From IMG/VR virus record IMGVR_UViG_3300042197_002946, positions 86,337 to 150,336 of that record: a stretch of 64,000 bases of DNA, one strand, 5' to 3'. Below are positions 23,809 through 32,745 of this stretch, piece by piece. Position 1 is the first letter of the stretch. Every line of letters starts with the position of its first letter. The notes beneath the pieces are model-generated. The model made no database searches and was not told where the DNA came from. It was given only the letters and a program-made list of their open reading frames with translations. The position numbers were made by a program, and so were the translations under genes. The DNA comes from a virus.

Positions 23809-24155
23809 TACTTTTTCTTGGTGTCTTTTTCAGACTTATCGTCCTTTGCCCACTTATGCCAACCTTTATTCGGCAAATAATTGCCGTCATCATCCTTACG
23901 CTTAGGAAATAGCGTTCCGCCCTTTTTGTGTTGTCCGAATGATAGTATTGCACCACAGTCGGCACATCGGAGTTCGAAATAATCGTTACCATCCACATTA
24001 CGTACTATAAACTTAATATTAGTACTTCCGCATAGTCCGCACTTTTCTTCACCGAAAATTTCTTGTATCGAAGCAAGTTCCTTAAAAACTTCCTTCTGAC
24101 CAGCGCCCTCAACTTCAAACTCTAATCTATCGCCAACTTTATATCTTAATTTCAT
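23808..24155 (-). CDS. Zinc-ribbon protein
   Basis: CGLC...CADC. Confidence 0.6.
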   Translation of the reverse strand: MKLRYKVGDRLEFEVEGAGQKEVFKELASIQEIFGEEKCGLCGSTNIKFIVRNVDGNDYFELRCADCGAILSFGQHKKGGTLFPKRKDDDGNYLPNKGWHKWAKDDKSEKDTKKK

Positions 24156-24874
24156 GATTCACCTTTCCATGTATCGGAGTAGCCTTTTAGTTCTGACGGA
24201 ATCGTGTCAAGGTTTTGTTGTAACTTTGACAACTCCCTAATAATAGAGATACCATGAGAATAGTCAATATTCTTGATATTCTTTTCCTCTATTCCCAAAC
24301 TAGCCACCACCCTTAATGGATTAATATCTATTCTTTTAGCTATAACATCAATAAAATTAATCTGATTAGAAGTAATCTTAGATACAGTATCTCCATCAGG
24401 ATCGTCCTCAATAGTTGACGATATTTCCTCGGCTGCTACAACTTTACGTAGTTTTAGGGCTCGTCTTAGGGCTCGTCCTTCTGCCCGCGTTTCTGCAACA
24501 GCCACAGGATGATTACGATAAATCTTATCGCAGTTACCCCAATAAACGTCCGCAGAGCCATCCACAGTCTGGATATTAAAACCTTCTGGGTCAGGCTTGT
24601 CTGGATTTAAACGATAGGTGAGAGAATGAACCACCGTGGCTCTTTTCTCATTGTCAGGACTAGGAGACTGAGCTACCGTGGAAGTTGATGACATTAATCT
24701 ACAATTTAAAGCCACCTCGAAAATACGTCTTAAACCATCTGTGGTTGGATTGCCGGCTATTTTTTCATCATCAGATAGTAGAGTGAGTACATAATCTGTC
24801 CATTCCAAATCATGAGGACTTGGTACAGCCGTGCTTTCTGCAACAGTTTCTGTGGGCGCTTTATTTTTAGCCAT
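24152..24874 (-). CDS. Putative Rad52/ERF-like single-strand annealing protein
   Basis: AETRAEGRALRRAL helix after a beta-beta-beta core, acidic linker and ITxNQ C-terminal domain, resembling phage SSAPs. Confidence 0.45.
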   Translation of the reverse strand: MAKNKAPTETVAESTAVPSPHDLEWTDYVLTLLSDDEKIAGNPTTDGLRRIFEVALNCRLMSSTSTVAQSPSPDNEKRATVVHSLTYRLNPDKPDPEGFNIQTVDGSADVYWGNCDKIYRNHPVAVAETRAEGRALRRALKLRKVVAAEEISSTIEDDPDGDTVSKITSNQINFIDVIAKRIDINPLRVVASLGIEEKNIKNIDYSHGISIIRELSKLQQNLDTIPSELKGYSDTWKGES

Positions 24875-24879
24875 AAACT

Positions 24880-25668
24880 TTAATCTCCTATTTCTATAAT
24901 ATTGTCTTGGTTATTAGCTGTGTCCTGTATAATCTTAATTAGATTATTTACTATGATAGATGCTCTAGCTTTTGAAAAATCATGTTTCTGAGTAATCCTG
25001 ATAAGCTTGATCCCTTTACCGATAAGTAATCCTGTTTTTTTGGAATCATAGGCTATATTCCTCTGTAAAGCATCATTTCCCCAAACCGGTTCAAAATGAG
25101 ACGGACCGTCAACTTCTATAGCTATGTTATGCTGTGGCAGAAAGATGTCGAGCTGTAATTTTGTATTTGACAAGAATTGTTCTTTGTGAAAGTCAACCTT
25201 GTATCCAGCATTTAATAGTCCTGACAGTATAAATTTTTCTAATTTGGAACCCTCCTTACTAGATCTTCTTACGGCATCAATAGCCTTTTTTTGCATAGTA
25301 TGTTTTTGATCTTCAGACAAATTTTCCCATTGCTGTTTAGCATTAGCTGATCTGGCCTGTTTTTCCTGCTTACTCAGATCCTCCCAACTCTGCATAACGC
25401 CTAATCCTATTTTCATAGCAGTATCAGCATCTCTTTTTGTTCCTTTGGTTGGATGCTTATGCTTCCCTGTTCTCAAAGCATTTTTTTGCGCTGTGCTTTT
25501 GTCCCTAAGAGGAATATTAAATTTTTTAGCATCCCTACGTACCTTATTGGGGTAGGTCTGAAGCTTTTCTGCCACATCTCCTAAACTCATATTTTTTTGA
25601 ATATATAATTCTTTAATAATTTGTTTTTTTTGAGCTTCTGATAATTGACTATAGTTTAATGTGCTCAT
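24880..25668 (-). CDS. HTH + DUF559/Vsr-like endonuclease (possible homing endonuclease)
   Basis: N-terminal HTH (SLGDVAEKL...NKVRR), NUMOD-like basic repeats, C-terminal LDIFLP..NIAIEVDGPSH...D. Confidence 0.7.
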   Translation of the reverse strand: MSTLNYSQLSEAQKKQIIKELYIQKNMSLGDVAEKLQTYPNKVRRDAKKFNIPLRDKSTAQKNALRTGKHKHPTKGTKRDADTAMKIGLGVMQSWEDLSKQEKQARSANAKQQWENLSEDQKHTMQKKAIDAVRRSSKEGSKLEKFILSGLLNAGYKVDFHKEQFLSNTKLQLDIFLPQHNIAIEVDGPSHFEPVWGNDALQRNIAYDSKKTGLLIGKGIKLIRITQKHDFSKARASIIVNNLIKIIQDTANNQDNIIEIGD

Positions 25669-26146
25669 ATATAGCCTCTGGGTGTTCTGATGATAATAAA
25701 ACAGACGGTTTCCAACAAATATCCAACAAAGGCTTAAACTCTGGAATGGTAGTACATAATAGATCGTTATTGTTGTTGTAATACCTGCTGAGTTCTTGGT
25801 ATTTAGTAAGATTTAAACTTTGACGATCTGATGGTTGTTGATTGATAAAAGAAGTCCATTCATTTGTATTGCAAAGAAAGATTTTTTGTTTAGATATACA
25901 GCTAGATAAAAAAATCATATCCTGTAAAGAGAAACAAATAATTGGTCCTTTAAAATATTTAGCTTCATTAATGTGTAAGGTAGCAAAATAATTAAAAGAT
26001 GTTATATTGCTAAAATAATAACTGTTAAATAGAATATGATCTAAAAAGGGAGCTGCTAGGCTTAGTCTATTTATGGTATCTAGCACCAATTTAGACTGTT
26101 CATTATTTTCTATATTAAGAGCTAAAAAGCCTACTGTTTTATTCAT
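25649..26146 (-). CDS. Hypothetical protein, possible degenerate glycosyltransferase fragment
   Basis: 165 aa, in an overlapping gene chain within the GT block. Confidence 0.4.
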   Translation of the reverse strand: MNKTVGFLALNIENNEQSKLVLDTINRLSLAAPFLDHILFNSYYFSNITSFNYFATLHINEAKYFKGPIICFSLQDMIFLSSCISKQKIFLCNTNEWTSFINQQPSDRQSLNLTKYQELSRYYNNNNDLLCTTIPEFKPLLDICWKPSVLLSSEHPEAIYEHIKL

Positions 26147-26943
26147 AGTAAGTGTTTTTCTATAAAGTTTTTGTATGAACTTTGTTTAATATCCTGAATA
26201 CTGAGTGACGGTTTAGGTAATTGATCAATATTAGTTAATGTCTCCTTGGATATTGTGCTCTTTTTCATCCAATTGTTGCCTTCAACACACAACACAGGTT
26301 TTCCCAAAATAAGAGCATAGGGTACAAATGTATTGTTTAATGCTAATAGCATTTGACAGTTGTTGACCAACTCCATAAAAAAAGGATCGTCTATATAACC
26401 TATATTTTGAGGATGATCTATATACAGACCATCAAATAATTTGATATTAAGATTAGTATTGGGATATAGTACATTGATTAATTCTACAGGCAGTTTTTCT
26501 ACTCCACTAAGATGAGCTACAATGTCAATGTGGTCTATTTTCTTCTTTTTATCAAAAGAATTCAACAGATATTCGCTATAATAGTTGTCCATCTTGATAG
26601 TAGAAGGTTTGATATTTTTTATTCCGATTAAGTCTTTGGCTTGGACTAGACAACGGATATTTCTTTTAGTAGCATCATTATATAGACTTTTGTTCATTCT
26701 ATCAAAGTATAAAAAGATATTTTGTGGGTACTCTGTTTCTTGCATAAAACCAATAGTTTCAGAATTGATAGAAGAAGCACAGAATATATACTTATGATTT
26801 TTTCTAGTATTGTCGTCGTCTTGATAATATTGATCAAATAAATAGCTAGCCATGTACGGTGCAATTTCTCCATACGCAACCAGATCGTATGCTAGGTGCT
26901 GTATCGTTTTTGTTAGCGATGTAAATTCTAAAGTAAATTTCAT
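26143..26943 (-). CDS. Degenerate GT-B-fold-like protein
   Basis: C-terminal ELVNNCQML...YALILGKPVL resembles the GT-B donor-binding end (EA...GxPV). Confidence 0.4.
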   Translation of the reverse strand: MKFTLEFTSLTKTIQHLAYDLVAYGEIAPYMASYLFDQYYQDDDNTRKNHKYIFCASSINSETIGFMQETEYPQNIFLYFDRMNKSLYNDATKRNIRCLVQAKDLIGIKNIKPSTIKMDNYYSEYLLNSFDKKKKIDHIDIVAHLSGVEKLPVELINVLYPNTNLNIKLFDGLYIDHPQNIGYIDDPFFMELVNNCQMLLALNNTFVPYALILGKPVLCVEGNNWMKKSTISKETLTNIDQLPKPSLSIQDIKQSSYKNFIEKHLL

Positions 26944-26944
26944 A

Positions 26945-27622
26945 TTATTTATGGTTGACTGTAATAAGTGAGTTATTATAAATATAATTATTTATTGTAG
27001 GAAATAGAGGCAGTAACATATTGATACTTTCAAAAAATAACATATTATTATTTGTATCTATGATTGATTCTAATAATGTTTTACTGTTGGCTTGTAGCAT
27101 AAAAATTTCTGACCATTTGGGAGTAAGTTCATAGCATAAGTATTCGACTTGTCCATCGTTGTGTGTGCATCCAATTTTAAAAAATTTATTCGTACAATTT
27201 TTGATACAGAAAATGTGGTTCGAGTTGTTGTTGCATTGTTGAAAAATATTTTTCCGTAGTATAGTATAATTACTAATTATAATCGTTGGATAGTTATTGT
27301 CAATTTGTTTAAGGGCTAAACCTATAGCATATGACTGCCCATAGTCTTCATAATGATCATTTTCTATAACTTTAACATCATTACCAAAATGAATTTTTTT
27401 CTTTAGCTTATCTCTGTCAAACCCTAAAACAACACTAATCGAAGCTATTTTCTTTACGTATTTACGAATACTTGCTAGCTGATGTTTGATAACTGCGTCA
27501 TTATGATTATCTATCTTTATAGACATCAAGCTCTTAGATCCTACCGATTTCATGCCTTTAGTAATTTCGTATGCTAATAAAATTACATTATAATAATTAT
27601 ATGTAGACGACGTTCTTTTCAT
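26945..27622 (-). CDS. Sugar/choline nucleotidyltransferase-like (LicC/NTP_transf) protein, degenerate
   Basis: VILLA...GMKSVGSKSL, VVLGF, IEN.HY...GQSYAI.LAL follow the NTP-transferase layout, but the GxGxR loop is absent. Confidence 0.55.
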   Translation of the reverse strand: MKRTSSTYNYYNVILLAYEITKGMKSVGSKSLMSIKIDNHNDAVIKHQLASIRKYVKKIASISVVLGFDRDKLKKKIHFGNDVKVIENDHYEDYGQSYAIGLALKQIDNNYPTIIISNYTILRKNIFQQCNNNSNHIFCIKNCTNKFFKIGCTHNDGQVEYLCYELTPKWSEIFMLQANSKTLLESIIDTNNNMLFFESINMLLPLFPTINNYIYNNSLITVNHK

Positions 27623-28127
27623 TTTCTACTAATTTGTTAATAAGTGGTTCGTGATTGTTCTTATTAAGAATCATATGTGTAGAAAAAGGTATAACTAGAC
27701 CATTATAAGGATCATTCTGTTTCATAATAGCATCTACATTACGTACTGATTTAAAAATAGGATCTATTTGTGAGATGTAATTAGCGTGGCAATCTATTAT
27801 GTTATCATAAACAATATAATGTGTTGTTTTATTTTTTCTAATGTTAGTATCCAAAACAATGTCAATGCTCTCTGTCAACGGATAATGAGGCAATGTTATC
27901 TCGTGTAGCTTCCATTCATATTTTTTATCTAGCCCCTTAACATATGCAAGCAAATCAGTAAATGCATAACTGTATTCTGGCTTATATATCAAAGAACAAA
28001 ATCCAATAGGTCCATCATGATTTAGTAGCTCATATATTTTGTCTTTATCAAATGTGTCTACAAACACTATATAATAGTATTTATTGCTGTAATCTTTGGA
28101 CTGTAAGCTTAGTGATGTTTCCGTCAT
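27597..28127 (-). CDS. Hypothetical protein (possible degenerate GT-A fold)
   Basis: 176 aa, in the overlapping chain. Confidence 0.35.
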   Translation of the reverse strand: MTETSLSLQSKDYSNKYYYIVFVDTFDKDKIYELLNHDGPIGFCSLIYKPEYSYAFTDLLAYVKGLDKKYEWKLHEITLPHYPLTESIDIVLDTNIRKNKTTHYIVYDNIIDCHANYISQIDPIFKSVRNVDAIMKQNDPYNGLVIPFSTHMILNKNNHEPLINKLVENEKNVVYI

Positions 28128-28497
28128 ATATAACCTGTTTAATAGAAATATTATGTTTACTGATTATCTCACCAAGATCTTTATCAAAAAAATAACAAGA
28201 CTTGTCGGCCAATGCATGGTTTAATTCGTTAATAGATATCTTATTATATGTTATATCGTTGTATATTTTATCAAAATTTAAAAACTCCAAGCACATCATA
28301 CCAGAATTAAGTTTAATTTTTCTGCTCAGGCCCGTAATAATAGCCTCTAGCTGAGCATATGGAGCATTATTCAATTCGTTAAATGATAATACATCGCACG
28401 AGCCATTGGGAATGTGGTTGATTTGTTCTAGCTGAACATTATTAGCTCCTTGTATTTTTTTACTATCGCTAATATATGCGTGGATATGTTTACTCAT
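28081..28497 (-). CDS. Hypothetical protein, possible truncated SAM-methyltransferase-like fold
   Basis: IPNGSCDVL...RKIK.NSGM resembles methyltransferase motifs II/III; no SAM-binding glycine loop. Confidence 0.35.
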   Translation of the reverse strand: MSKHIHAYISDSKKIQGANNVQLEQINHIPNGSCDVLSFNELNNAPYAQLEAIITGLSRKIKLNSGMMCLEFLNFDKIYNDITYNKISINELNHALADKSCYFFDKDLGEIISKHNISIKQVIYDGNITKLTVQRLQQ

Positions 28498-29411
28498 TTG
28501 ATTGCTTTCTGTGTTACTATAGATATAATATTATGTAATTGTGATCGTGCCTGGGTAAAATTATTATCCAATAACAATTTATTTTTTTCCATATTAAGCT
28601 TAGAAAAAACTTGTTGATAGTTAGACAATAGCGGCCCCACACCCTGTATAATTTGCTCTATATTAGAAACCTGATAAACCAACCCAGGATATTGTATCGT
28701 ACGATTATCGCTAGTAAAAATCAAACAGCCAAAACACATAGCATATTTGGCTTCTATAATTGAAGCGGGCTCTGTTGTCAAAATAATTTTAGTTTGAGAT
28801 AGGTAATTCTGAATGCTAGTATTATTTGCATCAGGTGGGATAATATTAGTAACTATATCTGGTAAAGATGTTTGTATAGTAGAAATAATTTGTTCAATTT
28901 TTGAGATATCGTTTGAGTTTTGCAAAATAGCTATATCTACTGTTTTTTGTTTCTCAGATATATTACTAGAAATAAAGTTATCTTGTAATGCAGGACTAAT
29001 TAGGTATGCTTTGGTAATACCTAGTTCTTTTGTGAGTCTCTCATGAGTAATAGCATCATAACATATAAACGTCATATGTCTACATTTTTGTAGTATCTGG
29101 GCATTCATGGTTAGTAAATTATCCACACTAATAATACCCGGCATATGCATTGGATCTAGATGTTGGGCAATAGCTGTGGACCCTATCCAGCAATCATAAT
29201 ACAATGGGGGTGATTCCATTTCTGGTATCACCATAACAGTATCTGGTCTAGACCCATTATCATTGGCTGGCATAACAGCAATAATATCTTCTTGATCTAA
29301 AAGATTAGTAAGAAAATTGTCTACAATACTGTTGTATGGCTGTAAAGCAATGTGTGTATTTTTTGATACTGATCGTTGTATAGTAGATCCTACATTATAC
29401 CCAAAGAACAT
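28494..29411 (-). CDS. Degenerate GT-B-fold-like protein
   Basis: YLSQTKII...IIEAKYAMCFGC resembles the GT4 C-terminal E-x7-E / EAMxxG region. Confidence 0.4.
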   Translation of the reverse strand: MFFGYNVGSTIQRSVSKNTHIALQPYNSIVDNFLTNLLDQEDIIAVMPANDNGSRPDTVMVIPEMESPPLYYDCWIGSTAIAQHLDPMHMPGIISVDNLLTMNAQILQKCRHMTFICYDAITHERLTKELGITKAYLISPALQDNFISSNISEKQKTVDIAILQNSNDISKIEQIISTIQTSLPDIVTNIIPPDANNTSIQNYLSQTKIILTTEPASIIEAKYAMCFGCLIFTSDNRTIQYPGLVYQVSNIEQIIQGVGPLLSNYQQVFSKLNMEKNKLLLDNNFTQARSQLHNIISIVTQKAIK

Positions 29412-30556
29412 AGCTTGTCTCCTATATGCTCAATAGAAAATGTTATGCCATATGAACGTAACTTGTCAGACATGTCTTGTTTCTGTGTTAAAGATAAATT
29501 ATTCTGTATATTATATGCTTTTCTTAAGGTAGCTCTAATATCTAATATAGTAGGTTCGGAAGATATCTCTAATTCGCATTCATGATCTAAACTATTATTA
29601 GCTGGATTTGGTTCTGACATCTCAAATCTGGATGGAATAATCAAACCTCCAACCGATTTATCAATTAGCTCGGCAGCTCCTGTGTTTTGTACGGCTATGG
29701 GCATCTTCCCCATAACAATGGCTTCTGCCAGAGGTCTACAAAAAGCCTCTCCTTTAGATGGACAAACAAATACATCGCAAGCTTCGTGCAGTCTTAATAG
29801 GTTTTGTCTATCCAAAGAATCTGCGATAAAGACCAAATTTGGATTGAGGGTTTTATTGTATTTATTCCTACCAATAGTCTCATTAATGTTTTGAATAATA
29901 GCTTCTCTTTTTTTATTATCCATTTTATCAGTTTTAATTATCAACATAGCGTTCTCTCTATGTTGAAATTCATAATGAAATGCCAAAATTAAATTAACAA
30001 TATTTTTTCTAGGAATAAAAGAGCCAATAAAATAAAACTTAACATAGTCTTTATACTTAGATTTTAGATGTAAAAAATCAACGTCTTCTTTTTTAATAAC
30101 GTCAGACAAAACAGATATCTCATTGGTATTAATGGGTTGAGAAATATTATGGATCGGAGTAGATATACCGCTATCAGTTAGTGTTTGTTTTTCTAACATA
30201 GAAGGTACACAGACATGATCCATGCGACCAAAAACCTGTTTGATATATGAAGAATGAGACAAGTTGCCCTGCTCAAAAACACACAAAGCAATATTTTTAT
30301 ATGGAAATACAGGACAAATAGCTTGAGGTAGAGCTTTCTGAATAATCACATCTATATTTGATAAATTAGTTTCTTCATAAATTTTTAGGTCTTCATCTAG
30401 AGTACGATCTACGCTATTAGATAAAAAAATTGGCCTTGCTTGTATTTTATGCCCTAGTTTATCAGCAGCATATGCCAATGATCTTAGGTAGTCTTTGGAA
30501 GCGGCTCCCCACCCATCATTTTGTCTATATGGAGCAACATATAGAATATTACTCAT
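29390..30556 (-). CDS. Glycosyltransferase family 4 (GT-B)
   Basis: FIGSFIPRKN and CDVFVCPSKGEAFCRPLAEA. Confidence 0.85.
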   Translation of the reverse strand: MSNILYVAPYRQNDGWGAASKDYLRSLAYAADKLGHKIQARPIFLSNSVDRTLDEDLKIYEETNLSNIDVIIQKALPQAICPVFPYKNIALCVFEQGNLSHSSYIKQVFGRMDHVCVPSMLEKQTLTDSGISTPIHNISQPINTNEISVLSDVIKKEDVDFLHLKSKYKDYVKFYFIGSFIPRKNIVNLILAFHYEFQHRENAMLIIKTDKMDNKKREAIIQNINETIGRNKYNKTLNPNLVFIADSLDRQNLLRLHEACDVFVCPSKGEAFCRPLAEAIVMGKMPIAVQNTGAAELIDKSVGGLIIPSRFEMSEPNPANNSLDHECELEISSEPTILDIRATLRKAYNIQNNLSLTQKQDMSDKLRSYGITFSIEHIGDKLCSLGIM

Positions 30557-32217
30557 GAGCGCTGCCTTTCATTAGCGTATCGGATATAGTCCTCATTGTT
30601 AAGTACTGTTCTGTTTGACATAGCATACTTAATTAGATTTTGATTTTCCATATACTTATTATATATGTCTACTACATTTTGAAAACCAAATTTTTTGATA
30701 TTCATACCATTCATAGTATATCCATAATCGCTGTACTTTAGTAGATTAAGCGTCATCATATTATTGAGTAGATCTTGACTACCTATTCTGTCTTCACAGA
30801 TATATCTCATAGCCTCGTAAGATTTGTTGAACTTTTTGAATTCATTAATATCTAATTTATTGAGGTAATTTGACGATATCTGCGACCAGTGACGCCTGTT
30901 AGGATTGGCCAGCACCTCATCGAATACTCTCATCCATGTGTTGGCTGTAGCATCCCAATTGAAATGTTTTTCTGTTAATTCTCTAACCTTAATTCTAAGC
31001 TTATGGTGCTCTTCTCTGTCTAAATGTAACAGGTTCCATAGGTGGAATATTAGCTGGTCGTTATTGGGGTATACTCGATACGCTTCGGTCTCCATTTCTT
31101 TGAAGAATGTTTGCGGCTGTACAGGACAGCCATCCAAAAGATGTACAATATCAGACATAGCGCTATAATTAACAGATACGATAGGTATACCACAAGCGCC
31201 AGCCTCTACTTGAGGCATACCAAAGCCTTCACATATAGCATATTGTACATATATATCAAACGTATTATAAACACTATTAAGCTGATCTGTAGATATCCCA
31301 TCAGAGACTGAAGGAAATGTTGCTGTTTTTTGACCGCAATGTGGACAATGTTTGACAGCATGATTAAAAGTATGGGCATGAATTTGTGAACAGTTCTTGC
31401 AAAAATAGGTAAATAGAACTCTTTTACCCATATTGTTTTCTTTAAGAACATTTGGTAAATTCCATCCAGCATCAGGATAGCTGGTGTGAAGATATAGATA
31501 GGTATTTTCACCTAGTTTTTTATCTTGTGTTTCTAGTTTGTCTAATAAAATTCTCATAGATTGTATCAGTTCTGGTATGAGTTTTCTTTTTTGGTTTCTC
31601 ATGACCGAACCGATAATTTTCATAGAATTGGGTAGGTTAAGTTTTTCTCTGGCCGCTTCTAACCCGATTGGTCTGAAGGTCGTCAAGTCTACTGCTGGGG
31701 AAGCAGAGCCTTTATGTCTGATACGATTGTTGGTTTGATCCATCAAAACCTTACCACCCCAATCAGAGTATGATAATACTGCATCGGCATTCATATAAAC
31801 ATCTAGCCATTCTTCTTGTTGAGGCTGAGAATCTACTGTCGGCATCACCACCCAACTGTAAAAAGGTCTTAATACAGAAAATCTTTGATATGCATTCATC
31901 CAAAAATCTCTGATATCGAACACTATATCTGGCATAAAATCCAATAATACTCTTTCAAATCTCCATTTGCCAAATGCATTCTCTCCATTACTATTATATT
32001 CGTTAAATCTTGGATCAGTCTCTTTAACAGCATTAGGATAATATTTCCATGGAATGTTTTTATCTCTAGAGTCTCCTATGACTCCATAAGAGGCAAATTC
32101 GGCCAGTTCATACTTATCTGAAGCATATAGTCTGTTAAGAACTTCTTTAGCGTATGTGCTATATCCAGAATGAAGAAAGCTAGCTTCTGAACACATTAGA
32201 ATTTTTGGTTTTGGCAT
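30553..32217 (-). CDS. Glycosyltransferase family 4 with a zinc-ribbon insertion
   Basis: VMRNQKRK, FDIYV...EGFGMPQVEA.ACG.P, internal CKNC...CPHC. Start moved to the ATG at 32217 because the TTG start in the ORF track lies within the terminator. Confidence 0.85.
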   Translation of the reverse strand: MPKPKILMCSEASFLHSGYSTYAKEVLNRLYASDKYELAEFASYGVIGDSRDKNIPWKYYPNAVKETDPRFNEYNSNGENAFGKWRFERVLLDFMPDIVFDIRDFWMNAYQRFSVLRPFYSWVVMPTVDSQPQQEEWLDVYMNADAVLSYSDWGGKVLMDQTNNRIRHKGSASPAVDLTTFRPIGLEAAREKLNLPNSMKIIGSVMRNQKRKLIPELIQSMRILLDKLETQDKKLGENTYLYLHTSYPDAGWNLPNVLKENNMGKRVLFTYFCKNCSQIHAHTFNHAVKHCPHCGQKTATFPSVSDGISTDQLNSVYNTFDIYVQYAICEGFGMPQVEAGACGIPIVSVNYSAMSDIVHLLDGCPVQPQTFFKEMETEAYRVYPNNDQLIFHLWNLLHLDREEHHKLRIKVRELTEKHFNWDATANTWMRVFDEVLANPNRRHWSQISSNYLNKLDINEFKKFNKSYEAMRYICEDRIGSQDLLNNMMTLNLLKYSDYGYTMNGMNIKKFGFQNVVDIYNKYMENQNLIKYAMSNRTVLNNEDYIRYANERQRS

Positions 32218-32232
32218 AAGACCTGTCCGTGA

Positions 32233-32273
32233 TAAAAACAAGCAGGAAAGGGGGACAAGCCCCCATTCCTACT
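32233..32273 (-). terminator. Rho-independent terminator downstream of ssb
   Basis: Minus strand reads GTAGGAATGGGGG-CTTGT-CCCCCTTTCCTGC followed by TTGTTTTT. Confidence 0.8.
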
Positions 32274-32293
32274 TTATGAACTAAAACTAAAAA

Positions 32294-32674
32294 TCAGAAC
32301 GCAACAGTTTCTTCTTCCTCAGAAGTTGACGCTGCTGCCTTCTTGGAAATCTTTGTGATCTTAGAAAAATTATTAACTCTAACCTTGAGTGTGCTATGCT
32401 TCACACCGTCCTTTTCCCAAGAATCATTGCGCAGAGTACCTTCCACTAATACCAGGTCACCCTTCTTGAATGATGAGGCAATTGTTTCTGCGCCGCTATC
32501 CCACGCTTCACAAGAGATGAAAGACGTAACTTTATCCTTGCTTCCATTGGCCCTGCTAAACTCTCTAGAAACAGCAACCGTAAAGTTGACAACAGCTGTC
32601 TTTTTATCCGACGCTGTGATATATCTTAGCTCGGGATCTCTTGTTAGATTTCCTCTCAAAATGACAATATTCAT
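32294..32674 (-). CDS. ssb: Single-stranded DNA-binding protein
   Basis: MNIVILRGNLTRDPELRY, VLVEGTL, acidic tail ending in AF. AGGAG RBS before the ATG at 32674. Confidence 0.95.
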   Translation of the reverse strand: MNIVILRGNLTRDPELRYITASDKKTAVVNFTVAVSREFSRANGSKDKVTSFISCEAWDSGAETIASSFKKGDLVLVEGTLRNDSWEKDGVKHSTLKVRVNNFSKITKISKKAAASTSEEEETVAF

Positions 32675-32717
32675 ATGCAATCTCCTAAAGTCAAAAAGTT
32701 AAATCGACCACTGGCTT

Positions 32718-32745
32718 ATTATAAGAATGAGGCGTCGAGTGTCAA
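32718..32745 (-). promoter_or_regulatory. Sigma70-type promoter for ssb
   Basis: Perfect TTGACA-N16-TATAAT on the minus strand. Confidence 0.8.

Noticed and set aside
30420-30440. RPIFLSN inside the GT4 gene, resembling the peptide leader motif
   Set aside because: It is internal to a GT domain and lacks the S-x-L-x-x-K spacing; likely chance.
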